Part shown: positions 1 through 9,833 of the stretch, one piece after another
Layout of the letters: every line of letters starts with the position of its first letter
How positions within the stretch are numbered: position 1 is the first letter of the stretch
IMG/VR virus record: IMGVR_UViG_3300035696_001272
Length of the DNA: 64,000 nucleotides
Source: a virus
Taxonomy: Duplodnaviria > Heunggongvirae > Uroviricota > Caudoviricetes
Direction: 5' to 3' (one strand)
Translations under genes and position numbers: made by a program
The notes under the pieces: model-generated
Told to the model about the DNA's origin: nothing
Seen by the model: the letters and a program-made list of their open reading frames with translations, nothing else
The model's database searches: none

Positions 1-4
1 AAGC

Positions 5-685
5 ATGGCAACCTATGTTGGTGCTTTGGCCACTACTTCTCAAGAGTCGGGTTTGACCAACGGAGATATGTACGCATTCAACATCACCACTACAGGTTTG
101 CTACGTATCGATGGTCATTATCCAACTGGCACCACGACCGCCAATGCCCCTGATATGGGTCAGGTCGGTGGTATCGTAACTACAGCTGCACCAACTTACA
201 CCACTGGACAAATCAATGCATTGTCTCTGACAACTGTTGGTCAGTTGCGTATCGACTCAGTTTATCCAACTGGTACAACGACAGCTAACGCTCCAGACGC
301 TACTGAAATGGGCGCTATCACCGTAGCTGGTCCTCCAACCTACACCGCTGGTCAGCTCAACGCTTTGACCACAGATGTTGGTGGTAACTTGCGTGTCGTA
401 ACTAACAAGGCAAGTACCGCCGCTGTTACTTCTGTTGCTGTAACGGCTTCTACACCTACTTCTTTGCTAGCTGCTAATACTTCTAGAGTATTTGCCTCTT
501 TGTACAACAACGGTTCCAAGGGAACTATGTACGTCTTACTAGGAGGTGGAACAGCCAGCGCATCTAACTTCAGCATTACCTTGCTACCTTCTTCTTATTG
601 GGAAATTCCAGTAGATTGGACTGGTGCTGTTAGCTGCTTCTCTACGAACGTATCTACTGTACTTGTAACTGAACTAACTCCATAA
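5..685 (+). CDS. Thr/Ala/Gly-rich repeat protein, probable virion fibre/decoration protein; probably 5'-truncated by the window edge
   Basis: Three copies of a G-x-x-(V/T)-T-x-x-P-T-Y-T-x-G-Q-x-N-A-L-x-x-T-T-x-G-x-L-R-I-D-like unit also found in the next ORF; frame is open to the window start. Confidence 0.6.
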   Translation: MATYVGALATTSQESGLTNGDMYAFNITTTGLLRIDGHYPTGTTTANAPDMGQVGGIVTTAAPTYTTGQINALSLTTVGQLRIDSVYPTGTTTANAPDATEMGAITVAGPPTYTAGQLNALTTDVGGNLRVVTNKASTAAVTSVAVTASTPTSLLAANTSRVFASLYNNGSKGTMYVLLGGGTASASNFSITLLPSSYWEIPVDWTGAVSCFSTNVSTVLVTELTP

Positions 686-710
686 TCTAGTTAGTTGAAA
701 AGATAAATAA

Positions 711-746
711 AAAGAGGCTTGCTAGAAATGGCAAGCCTTTTTCTTT
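711..746 (+). terminator. Rho-independent terminator (possibly bidirectional)
   Basis: Stem AAAGAGGCTTGCTA / TGGCAAGCCTTTTT around a GAAA loop, followed by a T tract and preceded by an A tract. Confidence 0.8.
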
Positions 747-751
747 GCGTA

Positions 752-762
752 TAATTCAGCAT
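752..762 (+). promoter_or_regulatory. Putative phage late-promoter motif TAWWT-N3-CAT
   Basis: TAATTcagCAT 16 nt upstream of ATG 779, just before the AAGGAG RBS; recurs before many structural genes. Confidence 0.55.
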
Positions 763-778
763 TTGAGTAAGGAGATAC

Positions 779-3700
779 ATGGGTACAGAGAGTCCAGTAG
801 CAGTTCTATATGATATGAATGGCAATGAAATGCCAGTTCAAAATGGATCCGCTATTCCAGCTAACACACCAATGCTATTAATGGGTGGTTCTGATGGAAC
901 CAACTCTAGATATATGACTGTTGATACTTCTGGCCGACCGGTATTTGTAGGCGCTGGTACAGCAGGTACTCCATCTGGTGGAATTATCACTATTCAAGGT
1001 GTTTCGGGTGGTACTGTAATTCCTATTTCCATAAACACGCCCGATACAACCGCTACAGGATCTTTGGGCGCTCTCAATGCTACAGTGCCAATTACTTTAG
1101 CGGGCACCAGTGGTGTTGCTATGCAGTTGGTGGCTGGTACATTAGTAGGCACCATAGTTCCCGAAATTTCTTTTGATGGTGGTACTACTTGGGTCTCTAC
1201 ATTTTTTGACGATCCATCTACCGGAAATAAAACAAGCAGTATTGTCTTTGCTTCCAACAACACTGCTACGACTAGAGTACTAGCTACTGCAGATGGTGCC
1301 TCTAACATGCGCGTTAGAGTGTCTGCTTATACTTCTGGCACTGCAACTTGTAATTTGAGAGGCAGCAGTCAAAACGAACCCTCTGTACTATATTCTGGTA
1401 CAGCTGGTGGCGTCTTGCCTCCAACCATTGCTCAGATAGGCGGAACTGATGGTTCTAACCTAAGAGCTATGTCTACTGATACATCTGGACATCCAGTAAT
1501 AGTTGGTCCAGGTACAGCCGGCACACCTTCTGGTGGAGTAATTACTATTCAAGGAGTTTCGGGGGGCACAGTAGTTCCTGTAAGCGGAACTGTGGCAGTT
1601 ACACAAAGCACATCTCCTTGGGTAGATAACATTACTCAATTTGGTGGAACTAATATTTCTACTGGAACTGGTGCAAGCGGAGCTGGTATTCCAAGGGTAA
1701 CAGTTTCCAATGACTCTAACATTCTTGCTACACAATCTGGCACTTGGACAGTTCAACCTGGCAACACGGCCAATACAACTCCATGGTTGATTACCATCAA
1801 CCAAGGCGGTAACTCAGCTACCGTTACCGCTTCCAATGCTTTAAAGGTAGATGGTTCCGCCGTTACACAACCAGTGAGTGGAACAGTTACGTCTAATCAG
1901 GGTACTGCAAATACATTGGCCAATGCTTGGCCAGAAAAAATTACTGACGGTACCAATGGTCCTGTGGCTGTCAAACCGGCTTCAACTGCCGCTGTTGCTA
2001 CAGATCCGGCTCTTGTAGTTGCAATCAGTCCAAATAACAGTTTTTCTATCTCAACTCAAGACGTAACTAACACAGGCGCACTTGGCGCACTAAATGCCAC
2101 AGTTGCAGTTACACACCCAGGATTACAGACAGTAGGTATGCAACTCGCTGCCGGTACACTTATTGGTACAATCGTTCCTGAAATTTCATTTGACGGTGGT
2201 ACCACTTGGAATCAAACATTCTTCGATAGTCCGTCTACTAGCAATATTGTTTCTAGCATCGTGTTTGCCTCATCTAATACGGCAACCGCCGAAAGTATCG
2301 TAGGGGCTGGTGGTGCTGGCATGACTCGTGTTAGAGTCTCAGCTTATACATCTGGTACTGCTAACGTTACTGTAAGAGCCTCAGATATTCATGATCCATC
2401 GCTCTTATTTGGTGGTGCTGCCGGTTCGGCCCTCCCTCCTGTTATAGCACAAATGGGTGGTTCTGTAACCACAGCAGCTCCAGCATATACGAATGCTACA
2501 ATAAATGCATTATCTCTAACAACTGCTGGCGCTTTGAGAATAGATGGTAGTGCCGTTACACAGCCAGTTTCAGGAACCGTTACTGCAAATGCTGGTACTG
2601 GTAATTTCAACAACGCTTCTGTTGGGGCTACTGCTGCTACTCCACCAGCAGATGCTACCTATATGGGCGGATCTGTTACCACATCAGCTCCAACTTATAC
2701 TACTGGACAGATGGACCCGTTGTCTTTGACAACTGCTGGTTTGCTACGTATTGATGGCGTTTATCCTGTCAATGCCACTACTCCTACTACAGATATTACT
2801 TTTGTCGGTGGTGCTGTTACCACTGCTGCCCCGACTTATACTACAGGTCAGCTAAGTGCTTTGTCACTAAATACATCTGGCGGTCTCAGAGTAGACGGAA
2901 GCGGAGTAACGCAACCTGTTAGTGGAACTGTTACAGCTAACCAGGGAACCGCTAATACCCTAGCGAATGCCTGGCCAGAAAAACTTACAGACGGTACTAA
3001 CGGACCTGTCGCTGTCAAAGCCGCATCTACCGCCGCTGTTGCAACCGATCCAGCTTTGGTTGTTACTATCGGTCCAAATACCCCGCTTCCAGCAGGCACG
3101 AACATCATTGGAGCCCTTTCGGCTAACCAAAGCGTCAACCTTGCCCAAGTAGCAGGTGCTACAACTGCAACATCTGCCTCAGGCGTTCAGAAAGTTGGTA
3201 TTGTTGGTAATGCTGGGGCCACACTTGATGCTACGTTGGTCGCAGGTACTGCCCCAACAGATGGTTTGGGTACTCTAGCTCAATACAACACAACGCAGCC
3301 TGCACCGACTAATACTCAGACGCTTAGCCTACAATCCGACCAATCGGGCAATCTACTCACCTTCCCAGGCGTTCAGACTAAGACTGGTGCAGCTTGGAGT
3401 TCCGGTACAGCTATCAATACGCTGCAATATCCAACTGGAACTACGACTGTTGGTGCTTCTCTTGGGGCACAAGCCCTCCTCGTTCAACTTGATCAAACCA
3501 CCACACTAACGGGTGGCGCTGTAACATTTCAAGGAACGTACGATGGAACTAACTGGGTTACCATTCCAGTAGCCCAAGTTCTGAATCCACAGACTTTTGC
3601 TCAACTAACTAACCCATACACATTCGTAGCTTCGACCAATCAACCATTTTTGATTGTGTTGCAAGGTTTTCAACAAATTAGAGCTAACCTTACGACAGTG

Positions 3701-4585
3701 ATTACTGGTACGGGTTCAGTCACTCCATATTGGACTGCTATTGCCACTTTTAATCAAGACACCTATATTACAGATGGAACTAATGGTCCTGTTGCTGTTA
3801 AACCAGCTTCTACAGCTCCATTAGCCACTGATCCGGCACTTGTTGTCGTCCTGAGTCCTAATCAAGCAGCCATTCCGGTTACCACATCACCTACTAATTC
3901 CACCCCTAACCTAGCCTTTGGAGATTTGACTACAGCATCAACAACTGTACAAGCTATCCGCAGAACGGCTTACACTGAACAATCGGCTAACTTTACTGGA
4001 TCTATTGTCTCATCTAGCACAAGCGATACCTCGGCTGGAACTGGAGCTAGAACTGTTACTATTTATTGGATGAACTCAGCCGGAACAACGACTGGTAGCG
4101 AAACTGCGACACTAAATGGTACGACAGCAGTAAACCTTGTAACCACAACCAAATGCTTCATAGAAAAAATTGTTGTAGCAACTGTTGGTAGCGGCGGCTC
4201 AAACGCAGGTACTATTACGCTTTATACTGGAACAGGTGGAACTGGTACTGTTGTCGGCACTATTGGAGTTGGTGATAATAAGACTTTCTGGACTCATCAC
4301 TATGTTGTGTCTGGTAAAACTTGTTATATTACAGATTTTATGCTTGGCAACAATGATGCGGCTGGTGGAGGCGTGGGGTATATTAAAGCTACCAGTATAG
4401 GAACTTCTGCCCCTGAAATTCAAATTGGAGACTCTATTACATGTGCTGCTGTTTCGAATGCTATTACACGTAACTATGGATCTCCTATTAAAATGGCTGG
4501 TCCCAGCAGAATAACAGCATACATTGTGCCAAATTCAACTGCCAGCTACAATTATCGTGGCTCTTTCGGCTCTTATGACATGTAA
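779..4585 (+). CDS. Large modular repeat-rich structural protein (fibre/appendage), 1268 aa
   Basis: AAGGAG RBS; very T/A/G/S/V-rich; internal repeats: 2x ~110-aa module (GALNATV...EISFDGGTTW...RVRVSAYTSGTA), 3x TDGTNGPVAVKxASTAxxATDPALVV, 3x GGxVTTxAPxYT...LRxDG. Confidence 0.65.
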   Translation: MGTESPVAVLYDMNGNEMPVQNGSAIPANTPMLLMGGSDGTNSRYMTVDTSGRPVFVGAGTAGTPSGGIITIQGVSGGTVIPISINTPDTTATGSLGALNATVPITLAGTSGVAMQLVAGTLVGTIVPEISFDGGTTWVSTFFDDPSTGNKTSSIVFASNNTATTRVLATADGASNMRVRVSAYTSGTATCNLRGSSQNEPSVLYSGTAGGVLPPTIAQIGGTDGSNLRAMSTDTSGHPVIVGPGTAGTPSGGVITIQGVSGGTVVPVSGTVAVTQSTSPWVDNITQFGGTNISTGTGASGAGIPRVTVSNDSNILATQSGTWTVQPGNTANTTPWLITINQGGNSATVTASNALKVDGSAVTQPVSGTVTSNQGTANTLANAWPEKITDGTNGPVAVKPASTAAVATDPALVVAISPNNSFSISTQDVTNTGALGALNATVAVTHPGLQTVGMQLAAGTLIGTIVPEISFDGGTTWNQTFFDSPSTSNIVSSIVFASSNTATAESIVGAGGAGMTRVRVSAYTSGTANVTVRASDIHDPSLLFGGAAGSALPPVIAQMGGSVTTAAPAYTNATINALSLTTAGALRIDGSAVTQPVSGTVTANAGTGNFNNASVGATAATPPADATYMGGSVTTSAPTYTTGQMDPLSLTTAGLLRIDGVYPVNATTPTTDITFVGGAVTTAAPTYTTGQLSALSLNTSGGLRVDGSGVTQPVSGTVTANQGTANTLANAWPEKLTDGTNGPVAVKAASTAAVATDPALVVTIGPNTPLPAGTNIIGALSANQSVNLAQVAGATTATSASGVQKVGIVGNAGATLDATLVAGTAPTDGLGTLAQYNTTQPAPTNTQTLSLQSDQSGNLLTFPGVQTKTGAAWSSGTAINTLQYPTGTTTVGASLGAQALLVQLDQTTTLTGGAVTFQGTYDGTNWVTIPVAQVLNPQTFAQLTNPYTFVASTNQPFLIVLQGFQQIRANLTTVITGTGSVTPYWTAIATFNQDTYITDGTNGPVAVKPASTAPLATDPALVVVLSPNQAAIPVTTSPTNSTPNLAFGDLTTASTTVQAIRRTAYTEQSANFTGSIVSSSTSDTSAGTGARTVTIYWMNSAGTTTGSETATLNGTTAVNLVTTTKCFIEKIVVATVGSGGSNAGTITLYTGTGGTGTVVGTIGVGDNKTFWTHHYVVSGKTCYITDFMLGNNDAAGGGVGYIKATSIGTSAPEIQIGDSITCAAVSNAITRNYGSPIKMAGPSRITAYIVPNSTASYNYRGSFGSYDM

Positions 4586-4594
4586 AGGCAAATA

Positions 4595-6304
4595 ATGTCC
4601 CTATCTATCGCCCCTCAATTTACACAGAAAAACTATAGCTGGACTAATTGGAAATCTATATATGCTATCAAAGGAGGACCATATCAATATTATGATGATG
4701 GTACGATAACTACTGTCTATTTTTACGACCCGCCAGAAGTTTACATAGCTACTATGTGGGACGGAACTGTTCCTGATGGCATCATTGCTGGAGGATATTC
4801 TCAGTCACAAAATAATTCCGATTTGTCTGATTTTAATACTAATTGGGTGGCGGGAGCAAATCAGCGTATTACTCCAAGCGCCAATGGACAAGTAATTATG
4901 TCCAATTCCACTGTAACAGTGGGTGGCAGCCAAACTTTCGCTGGTTTCGGTAATCGACAAATTAATCTCTTCATCAACGTCAAAAATGCTCCAACCGGAA
5001 CCGCACCAGGCTTACAATTCACCCTTCAAGAAGTAGATCCTGGCGATTTGACAACAGTGGTTGGAACGACCGTTACTGGTTTGTCTATTACGGCAGCAGG
5101 TACACAGGAAATTACACTTAATTTAACCACTTCTAGCGTAATTAAAGTTTCATGGATTATTGTAGGAACGACCCCATCCTTTACTGGTGTCTATGCTACA
5201 TTAACTACCAAACCAACTACAGTATTTAGCGGCATAGATGCTACTGGTGTTGAAAGAGTTTTCCAGCCTGATACCTCTGGACGTCTTTTAGTATCAGGTT
5301 CTAACGCAGTGGGCGCAGCTGCCACAGTTAATCCAATCCTAGTAGGAGGAGTAAACCCTGCTGGTGTGGCCGGTTATGCTCAATTAGCATCCGACGACTC
5401 GATGCTAGTTGCCGATGCGCCTAATACTCAACCAGTTTTCATTAATGGTACCATTACATCGAATAACATTTCAAACCTAGTGGATATCGGAGATACATCA
5501 GTTTATCTCTTCATCAACGTCAAAAATGCTCCAACTGGAACCAGTCCTACTTTGACATTTTCACTGACCGAAGTAGACCCTGGTGACAAAGCTACCGCTG
5601 TTAGAAGCACTGTGACGGGTGCAGCTATCAAAGCGGCAGGCACACAGGTACTAACACTTCCAACTGTTACTTCTGGCGTGGTGCAAGTTTCTTGGACTGT
5701 TGGTGGTACGACTCCCTCTTTTACTGGTGTATACGTTACAGCTATTTGTAAGGATGGCGTTTCGCAAGATGATCTCTACGGAGATTTTTACCTTCCATCT
5801 ATTAACTCCACCATGTATGAGGCGTCCACTGCAACTTCTGGTGTAGCGCCTGGAACCACCATTGGAACAACTGGAGCCTTCACATTATACAACCCAAAAA
5901 CTTCTACTAGAAACCTGGTGGTACAAGAAATCAATATGGCTTATGTTTCTGGAACATTGGGTTCTGGGGCTGTCTATCTTTGCGCTAATACTAACCCAGC
6001 CGCTTCTGCTCCAACTGGAACCAGTATTACACCAGTTTGTACTTATATTGGTAGCACTATTACGGCACAAGCACAAGCATTTACTACATCTACTTTACCA
6101 GCTTCACCAACAATGATTCGAGGATTGTGGACGCTAACTCCAATGTTAGCTACCTCTGTTTTCCAGCCTTTCGTTTTGGAAGAAACGACACAAGGAAGAT
6201 ATGTAATTCAGCCAGGTTGTGCACTTAGCCTTGAGGCTGTAGCTGGTTCTGGTAGCTCACCCAAAGTTGTATTTAGTATGAGTTGGATTGAAGTTCCATT
6301 CTAA
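4595..6304 (+). CDS. Probable virion structural protein with duplicated beta-sandwich module, 569 aa
   Basis: Two copies of LFINVKNAPTGTxPxLxFxLxEVDPGD...VSWxxxGTTPSFTGVYxT; tightly coupled to upstream fibre gene. Confidence 0.55.
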   Translation: MSLSIAPQFTQKNYSWTNWKSIYAIKGGPYQYYDDGTITTVYFYDPPEVYIATMWDGTVPDGIIAGGYSQSQNNSDLSDFNTNWVAGANQRITPSANGQVIMSNSTVTVGGSQTFAGFGNRQINLFINVKNAPTGTAPGLQFTLQEVDPGDLTTVVGTTVTGLSITAAGTQEITLNLTTSSVIKVSWIIVGTTPSFTGVYATLTTKPTTVFSGIDATGVERVFQPDTSGRLLVSGSNAVGAAATVNPILVGGVNPAGVAGYAQLASDDSMLVADAPNTQPVFINGTITSNNISNLVDIGDTSVYLFINVKNAPTGTSPTLTFSLTEVDPGDKATAVRSTVTGAAIKAAGTQVLTLPTVTSGVVQVSWTVGGTTPSFTGVYVTAICKDGVSQDDLYGDFYLPSINSTMYEASTATSGVAPGTTIGTTGAFTLYNPKTSTRNLVVQEINMAYVSGTLGSGAVYLCANTNPAASAPTGTSITPVCTYIGSTITAQAQAFTTSTLPASPTMIRGLWTLTPMLATSVFQPFVLEETTQGRYVIQPGCALSLEAVAGSGSSPKVVFSMSWIEVPF

Positions 6305-6324
6305 TCTCCTCGTCCGACACTGCA

Positions 6325-6335
6325 TAATTTTACAT
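6325..6335 (+). promoter_or_regulatory. Putative late-promoter motif TAWWT-N3-CAT
   Basis: TAATTttaCAT in the intergenic region before the 7-bp repeat tract. Confidence 0.45.
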
Positions 6336-6341
6336 GTAGTT

Positions 6342-6376
6342 GTAAGTTGTAAGTTGTAAGTCGTAAGTTTCAAGTT
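6342..6376. repeat. 7-bp tandem repeat (GTAAGTT)x~5
   Basis: gtaagtt gtaagtt gtaagtc gtaagtt tcaagtt, preceded by partial gtagtt. Confidence 0.9.
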
Positions 6377-6405
6377 TCACCGGAAACTTTACAATGAGGA
6401 AACAT

Positions 6406-7554
6406 ATGCCTTGTACTAATTTACTCGCTTGTGATGGAAGCTCTTCAGCACCATCCATTGCGTTCAACAGCGATCAGAAGTTGGGATTCTATAGAATCGG
6501 TACCGATCAAATGTCTTTGGTCGATTCTAGCGGAGCCGTAATCAACTTCGGTAATTTTACCACCAACAATATTGTACCGCCTCCATACGGTCCTGACCAA
6601 GTTCGTTATTCTATGAACATGTTCACACAGCCAATCGGCTCTTCTGCCGAAAGTACTGCTGTTTACATGAAGATGAATCACAGCTCTAGTCAAATGGTTT
6701 ATGGTATTTACGGAGAGATTGATTCTAGTCAGGATGGTACTGGCGGATCTTTCACCAAAGTAAACCATCTAGGCGCAGGGGATGCTCACTATGTAGCTCA
6801 CTTCGGAACTGGTGGCATCGGTTACGAATCTGCTTCTTGGGCTAATAACACCACTGGATTCTTGGCTGACGTTCAGATTGCCGGACTATCTAACGCAATC
6901 ATGTTTAATGCTTTGTGGGAGCAAGCTACTATTCCAAACTACGGTTTGTTCGTAGCAACTGCAACTCCAGCTAATGCACTAACCATTTCCAAGTACGACG
7001 ATACCCATGAAGGTAACGTTCAAATCCGCATTACCGAGCCAAACTACGGTTATGATCGTTTTGAAGTGTTCAACAGCGGTCAAGTTAACCAAATTGGTGT
7101 TAACGCCAATTCCACTGTAACTTTGAGCAATGCTCCTGAGCATCGTTTGGTTGCGTCTTACTGGAATGGTACTGCTCCAGTTGCACGGCACGCTGTCATT
7201 GGTCATGCTATGGACAGCACTGCTCCTTCTTCTCACATCTACTTCAAAGTAGGCCCTTACGGTAGTGAACAGTACGCCGCTTTGATGTCACCTGGTTTGC
7301 TTGACCTACAAGGAGCCACCATTGCTAACTGCAATAGTATCCAAAGCACGTCCGCAACAACCATGGTAGCTAACGGTACTGTAGTAGCTCAATTTAGCTA
7401 TGATAGTGTAGATTCTACTGGAGCCTTGGCTCTAAACATTGTATCTACTAACGTAGCTAGCTCTGGTTCAGCTACCTTGCCAGCCAACCCAGTTGGATTC
7501 ATGGTAGTAGACCTAAATGGAACTAACGTTAAGATTCCATACTACGCAGTCTAA
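6406..7554 (+). CDS. Probable tail/neck fibre protein
   Basis: N-terminal DGSSSAPSIAFNSDxxxGFYR and C-terminal SATLPANPVGFMVVDLNGTNVKIPYY resemble motifs common in phage fibres; start moved to ATG 6406 behind GAGGA RBS. Confidence 0.55.
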   Translation: MPCTNLLACDGSSSAPSIAFNSDQKLGFYRIGTDQMSLVDSSGAVINFGNFTTNNIVPPPYGPDQVRYSMNMFTQPIGSSAESTAVYMKMNHSSSQMVYGIYGEIDSSQDGTGGSFTKVNHLGAGDAHYVAHFGTGGIGYESASWANNTTGFLADVQIAGLSNAIMFNALWEQATIPNYGLFVATATPANALTISKYDDTHEGNVQIRITEPNYGYDRFEVFNSGQVNQIGVNANSTVTLSNAPEHRLVASYWNGTAPVARHAVIGHAMDSTAPSSHIYFKVGPYGSEQYAALMSPGLLDLQGATIANCNSIQSTSATTMVANGTVVAQFSYDSVDSTGALALNIVSTNVASSGSATLPANPVGFMVVDLNGTNVKIPYYAV

Positions 7555-7574
7555 TTTACAGAACGATAAAATAT

Positions 7575-7613
7575 TGATGCCCAGTGGAGTAATTCGCTGG
7601 GCATTAGTTTTTT
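7575..7613 (+). terminator. Rho-independent terminator
   Basis: Stem ATGCCCAGTGGA / TTCGCTGGGCAT with GTAA loop, followed by a T tract. Confidence 0.8.
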
Positions 7614-7666
7614 AGGCACTATTCTGATATATCTTTCATAGACCCTATAAACGGGAAGAGGTAGGG

Positions 7667-8527
7667 ATGAAAGCATTAGTTCACAGTGGTGGAGCTGCCA
7701 AAGGAGCCTGGGCTTGTGGCATCATTCAATATTTGCTAGGCGACCTTGAAATACATTACGATATCTTAACAGGCACCAGTGTTGGGGCTATTAATACCTC
7801 CTTCCTAGCTATGTTCAAAGAGGGTGAAGAAAAGGAAGCCGCTAAACTCTTGAAGGATTGGTGGCTAAAACTAGATAATTCTAAGATATACAGGCGTTGG
7901 CCATTTTGGGGCCGAATTGCAGCAGCTTGGCGCAAATCTTTCTACGATAGTACACCATTGCAAACTCTCATTAGGAATGAAGTTGACCTGGAAAAGATAA
8001 GAACGTCTGGCAAGAAGATTGCTGTGGGGGCTCTTAATCTACATACTGGAAAATATGTGGTTTTCGATCAAGATGATGACAATTTTATTGATGCAGTATT
8101 AGCTTCATCAGCTTTTCCAGCTACACTAACTCCGGTTAAGATAAATAATGACCTCTTCATAGATGGTGGAATGAAGATGTTGAGCCCAATCAAAGTAGCT
8201 ATTGAGATGGGAGCTGATGAAATAGATGTTATTACTACTTCACCAGATATAAGGGATAAGAAATTTATAGAAGATCCAAATATAATTGATATTGTTAGAA
8301 GAGCATTCGATGTAGCTACTGATAAAATCTTATCTAATGACATAGAACTGGCCATGATGTATAATAAATTGGCTGAGGCTGGCCTGAGCAACAAAAAACC
8401 TGTTAAATTGCGTATTTTGAGACCTCATTACAACCTTTTGGACAACGTTTTGGACTTTAATCCCGACAAAATACGGGAAATGATGGAAAAAGGCTACAAC
8501 GACGCCAAGACCAATTACATAATGTAA
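7667..8527 (+). CDS. Patatin-like phospholipase
   Basis: Gly-rich SGGAAKG oxyanion loop, GTSVG nucleophile (GxSxG), ASSAFP and catalytic DGG in canonical order. Confidence 0.92.
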   Translation: MKALVHSGGAAKGAWACGIIQYLLGDLEIHYDILTGTSVGAINTSFLAMFKEGEEKEAAKLLKDWWLKLDNSKIYRRWPFWGRIAAAWRKSFYDSTPLQTLIRNEVDLEKIRTSGKKIAVGALNLHTGKYVVFDQDDDNFIDAVLASSAFPATLTPVKINNDLFIDGGMKMLSPIKVAIEMGADEIDVITTSPDIRDKKFIEDPNIIDIVRRAFDVATDKILSNDIELAMMYNKLAEAGLSNKKPVKLRILRPHYNLLDNVLDFNPDKIREMMEKGYNDAKTNYIM

Positions 8528-8538
8528 TATTTCTACAT
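8528..8538 (+). promoter_or_regulatory. Putative late-promoter motif TAWWT-N3-CAT
   Basis: TATTTctaCAT 16 nt upstream of ATG 8555, before GAGGAG RBS. Confidence 0.5.
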
Positions 8539-8554
8539 ACTAAGAGGAGATATC

Positions 8555-8923
8555 ATGGGTGCTTATCCAAACGACAGATCGAACGATCCAAAAGCGGCCA
8601 TCACTTATGGCTTTGATTACAATTTTTTCAAACAGGTGACCCCAGGTTCATCTGGAGCTGGCGTTTTTGGTACAGACTGTGATGTCGTCATCAATATAAT
8701 AGTTCCAACCTACACTGTAACTTTTTGGTTACCGCCTTCTGGTGGCAACTCTGGCACCGTGCAATATTCTTTCAATGGTAACACTATTCATGGGACTCTT
8801 GATGGTGCTGGCTTGACTGCGCCTCAGTTCTTGCAGTTCGACAACAGAGTTATCTCCAAGATTTGGTTTAGCACACAGGCTGGCTCTCCCGTTGTTCGTG
8901 TAGAAGCCTGGGGCGTTAGATAA
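8555..8923 (+). CDS. Small beta-rich hypothetical protein, possibly virion-associated
   Basis: Strong GAGGAG RBS; carries the same upstream motif as structural genes. Confidence 0.6.
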   Translation: MGAYPNDRSNDPKAAITYGFDYNFFKQVTPGSSGAGVFGTDCDVVINIIVPTYTVTFWLPPSGGNSGTVQYSFNGNTIHGTLDGAGLTAPQFLQFDNRVISKIWFSTQAGSPVVRVEAWGVR

Positions 8924-8944
8924 GTCTGCGATATAGTTAAGTAC

Positions 8945-9268
8945 ATGAGTAAGTTAATTAAGAATAAGTGCGAAATCGAGTCTTGTGAGGTGGTTGACCC
9001 CAAGCTGCTAGAATTGCACCATATCATTGAAAGAACAGAAATTAACACTACCAATCATGATTTCAATTTAGCTATTCTATGTGCCAATTGTCACGCATTA
9101 ACTCATACCGGCCGTCTTAAAATCATTGGAGTTTTTCCTTCTACTAAATTGCCAAATAAGCGTACCTTAGTATACGAGTTGGATGGAAAGCGCAACATCG
9201 AAGATTTAGATACGCCCTATGTAGAGTTTAAAAATAAGTCTTTCAAAATTGGGATAAAGCATGAGTAA
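8945..9268 (+). CDS. HNH endonuclease
   Basis: CxxxxC...LELHHII...N..NLAILCANCHALTH pattern. Confidence 0.85.
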   Translation: MSKLIKNKCEIESCEVVDPKLLELHHIIERTEINTTNHDFNLAILCANCHALTHTGRLKIIGVFPSTKLPNKRTLVYELDGKRNIEDLDTPYVEFKNKSFKIGIKHE

Positions 9269-9599
9269 AGTAATAATGGATAGCACCAATCCAGATGATT
9301 TAAGTAACAAAGTTACCAGTGAGGCAGAAACACGCAAGAAGTTTCTCACAGTTGCTCGTTGGGCGGGACGCGAAAGAGATATGCTTTTGATTTTTGCCAA
9401 ATACGATAAGTTACTTCGTAACTGTGAAGATGAAGCTAAGAGAAAAGATATTGGTAAAATTGGGGCAATAGAAACATATAAACTACTAGGAGAATGTTTC
9501 GCATCTCTTAAAGCTGGTGGAGCACTTTCTATTCCGGGGTTAGACTCTAATATGGGTGAACTTTGGGTAGATGGCGAACTAGTATATAAAGGAAAGTAA
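9261..9599 (+). CDS. Hypothetical protein
   Basis: 112-aa ORF overlapping the HNH stop and abutting the cold-shock gene. Confidence 0.7.
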   Translation: MSKVIMDSTNPDDLSNKVTSEAETRKKFLTVARWAGRERDMLLIFAKYDKLLRNCEDEAKRKDIGKIGAIETYKLLGECFASLKAGGALSIPGLDSNMGELWVDGELVYKGK

Positions 9600-9833
9600 A
9601 TGACTGACGCAAAGTATTACGGAGAAGTATTGTGGTTCGATCCGAAGAGAGGCTTCGGATTCATTGGTTGGGAAAAAGATGGTGTCAAACAAAAAGATAT
9701 GTTTGTCCATTTCTCTGATGTTGCTTGCGAAGGCTTTAAAACCCTTTACAAACACCAAAAGGTTTCTTTCGATCTTGGTACCAACAAGCGTGGTGATCCA
9801 AAAGCTACCAATGTCGAAATTATGAAGAACTGA
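9600..9833 (+). CDS. Cold-shock domain protein (CspA family)
   Basis: GEVLWFDPKRGFGFI (RNP1), DMFVHFS (RNP2), GFKTL...VSF...KATNV. Confidence 0.93.
   Translation: MTDAKYYGEVLWFDPKRGFGFIGWEKDGVKQKDMFVHFSDVACEGFKTLYKHQKVSFDLGTNKRGDPKATNVEIMKN

Noticed and set aside
779-6304. Diversity-generating retroelement template/variable repeats
   Set aside because: Repeat copies are in-frame protein modules with general synonymous divergence rather than adenine-specific changes; no reverse transcriptase in the window
6342-6376. CRISPR array
   Set aside because: 7-bp units with no spacers and no cas genes
8945-9268. HNH as part of an intron or other mobile element
   Set aside because: Flanking genes look intact and no intron-like structure or terminal repeats were seen
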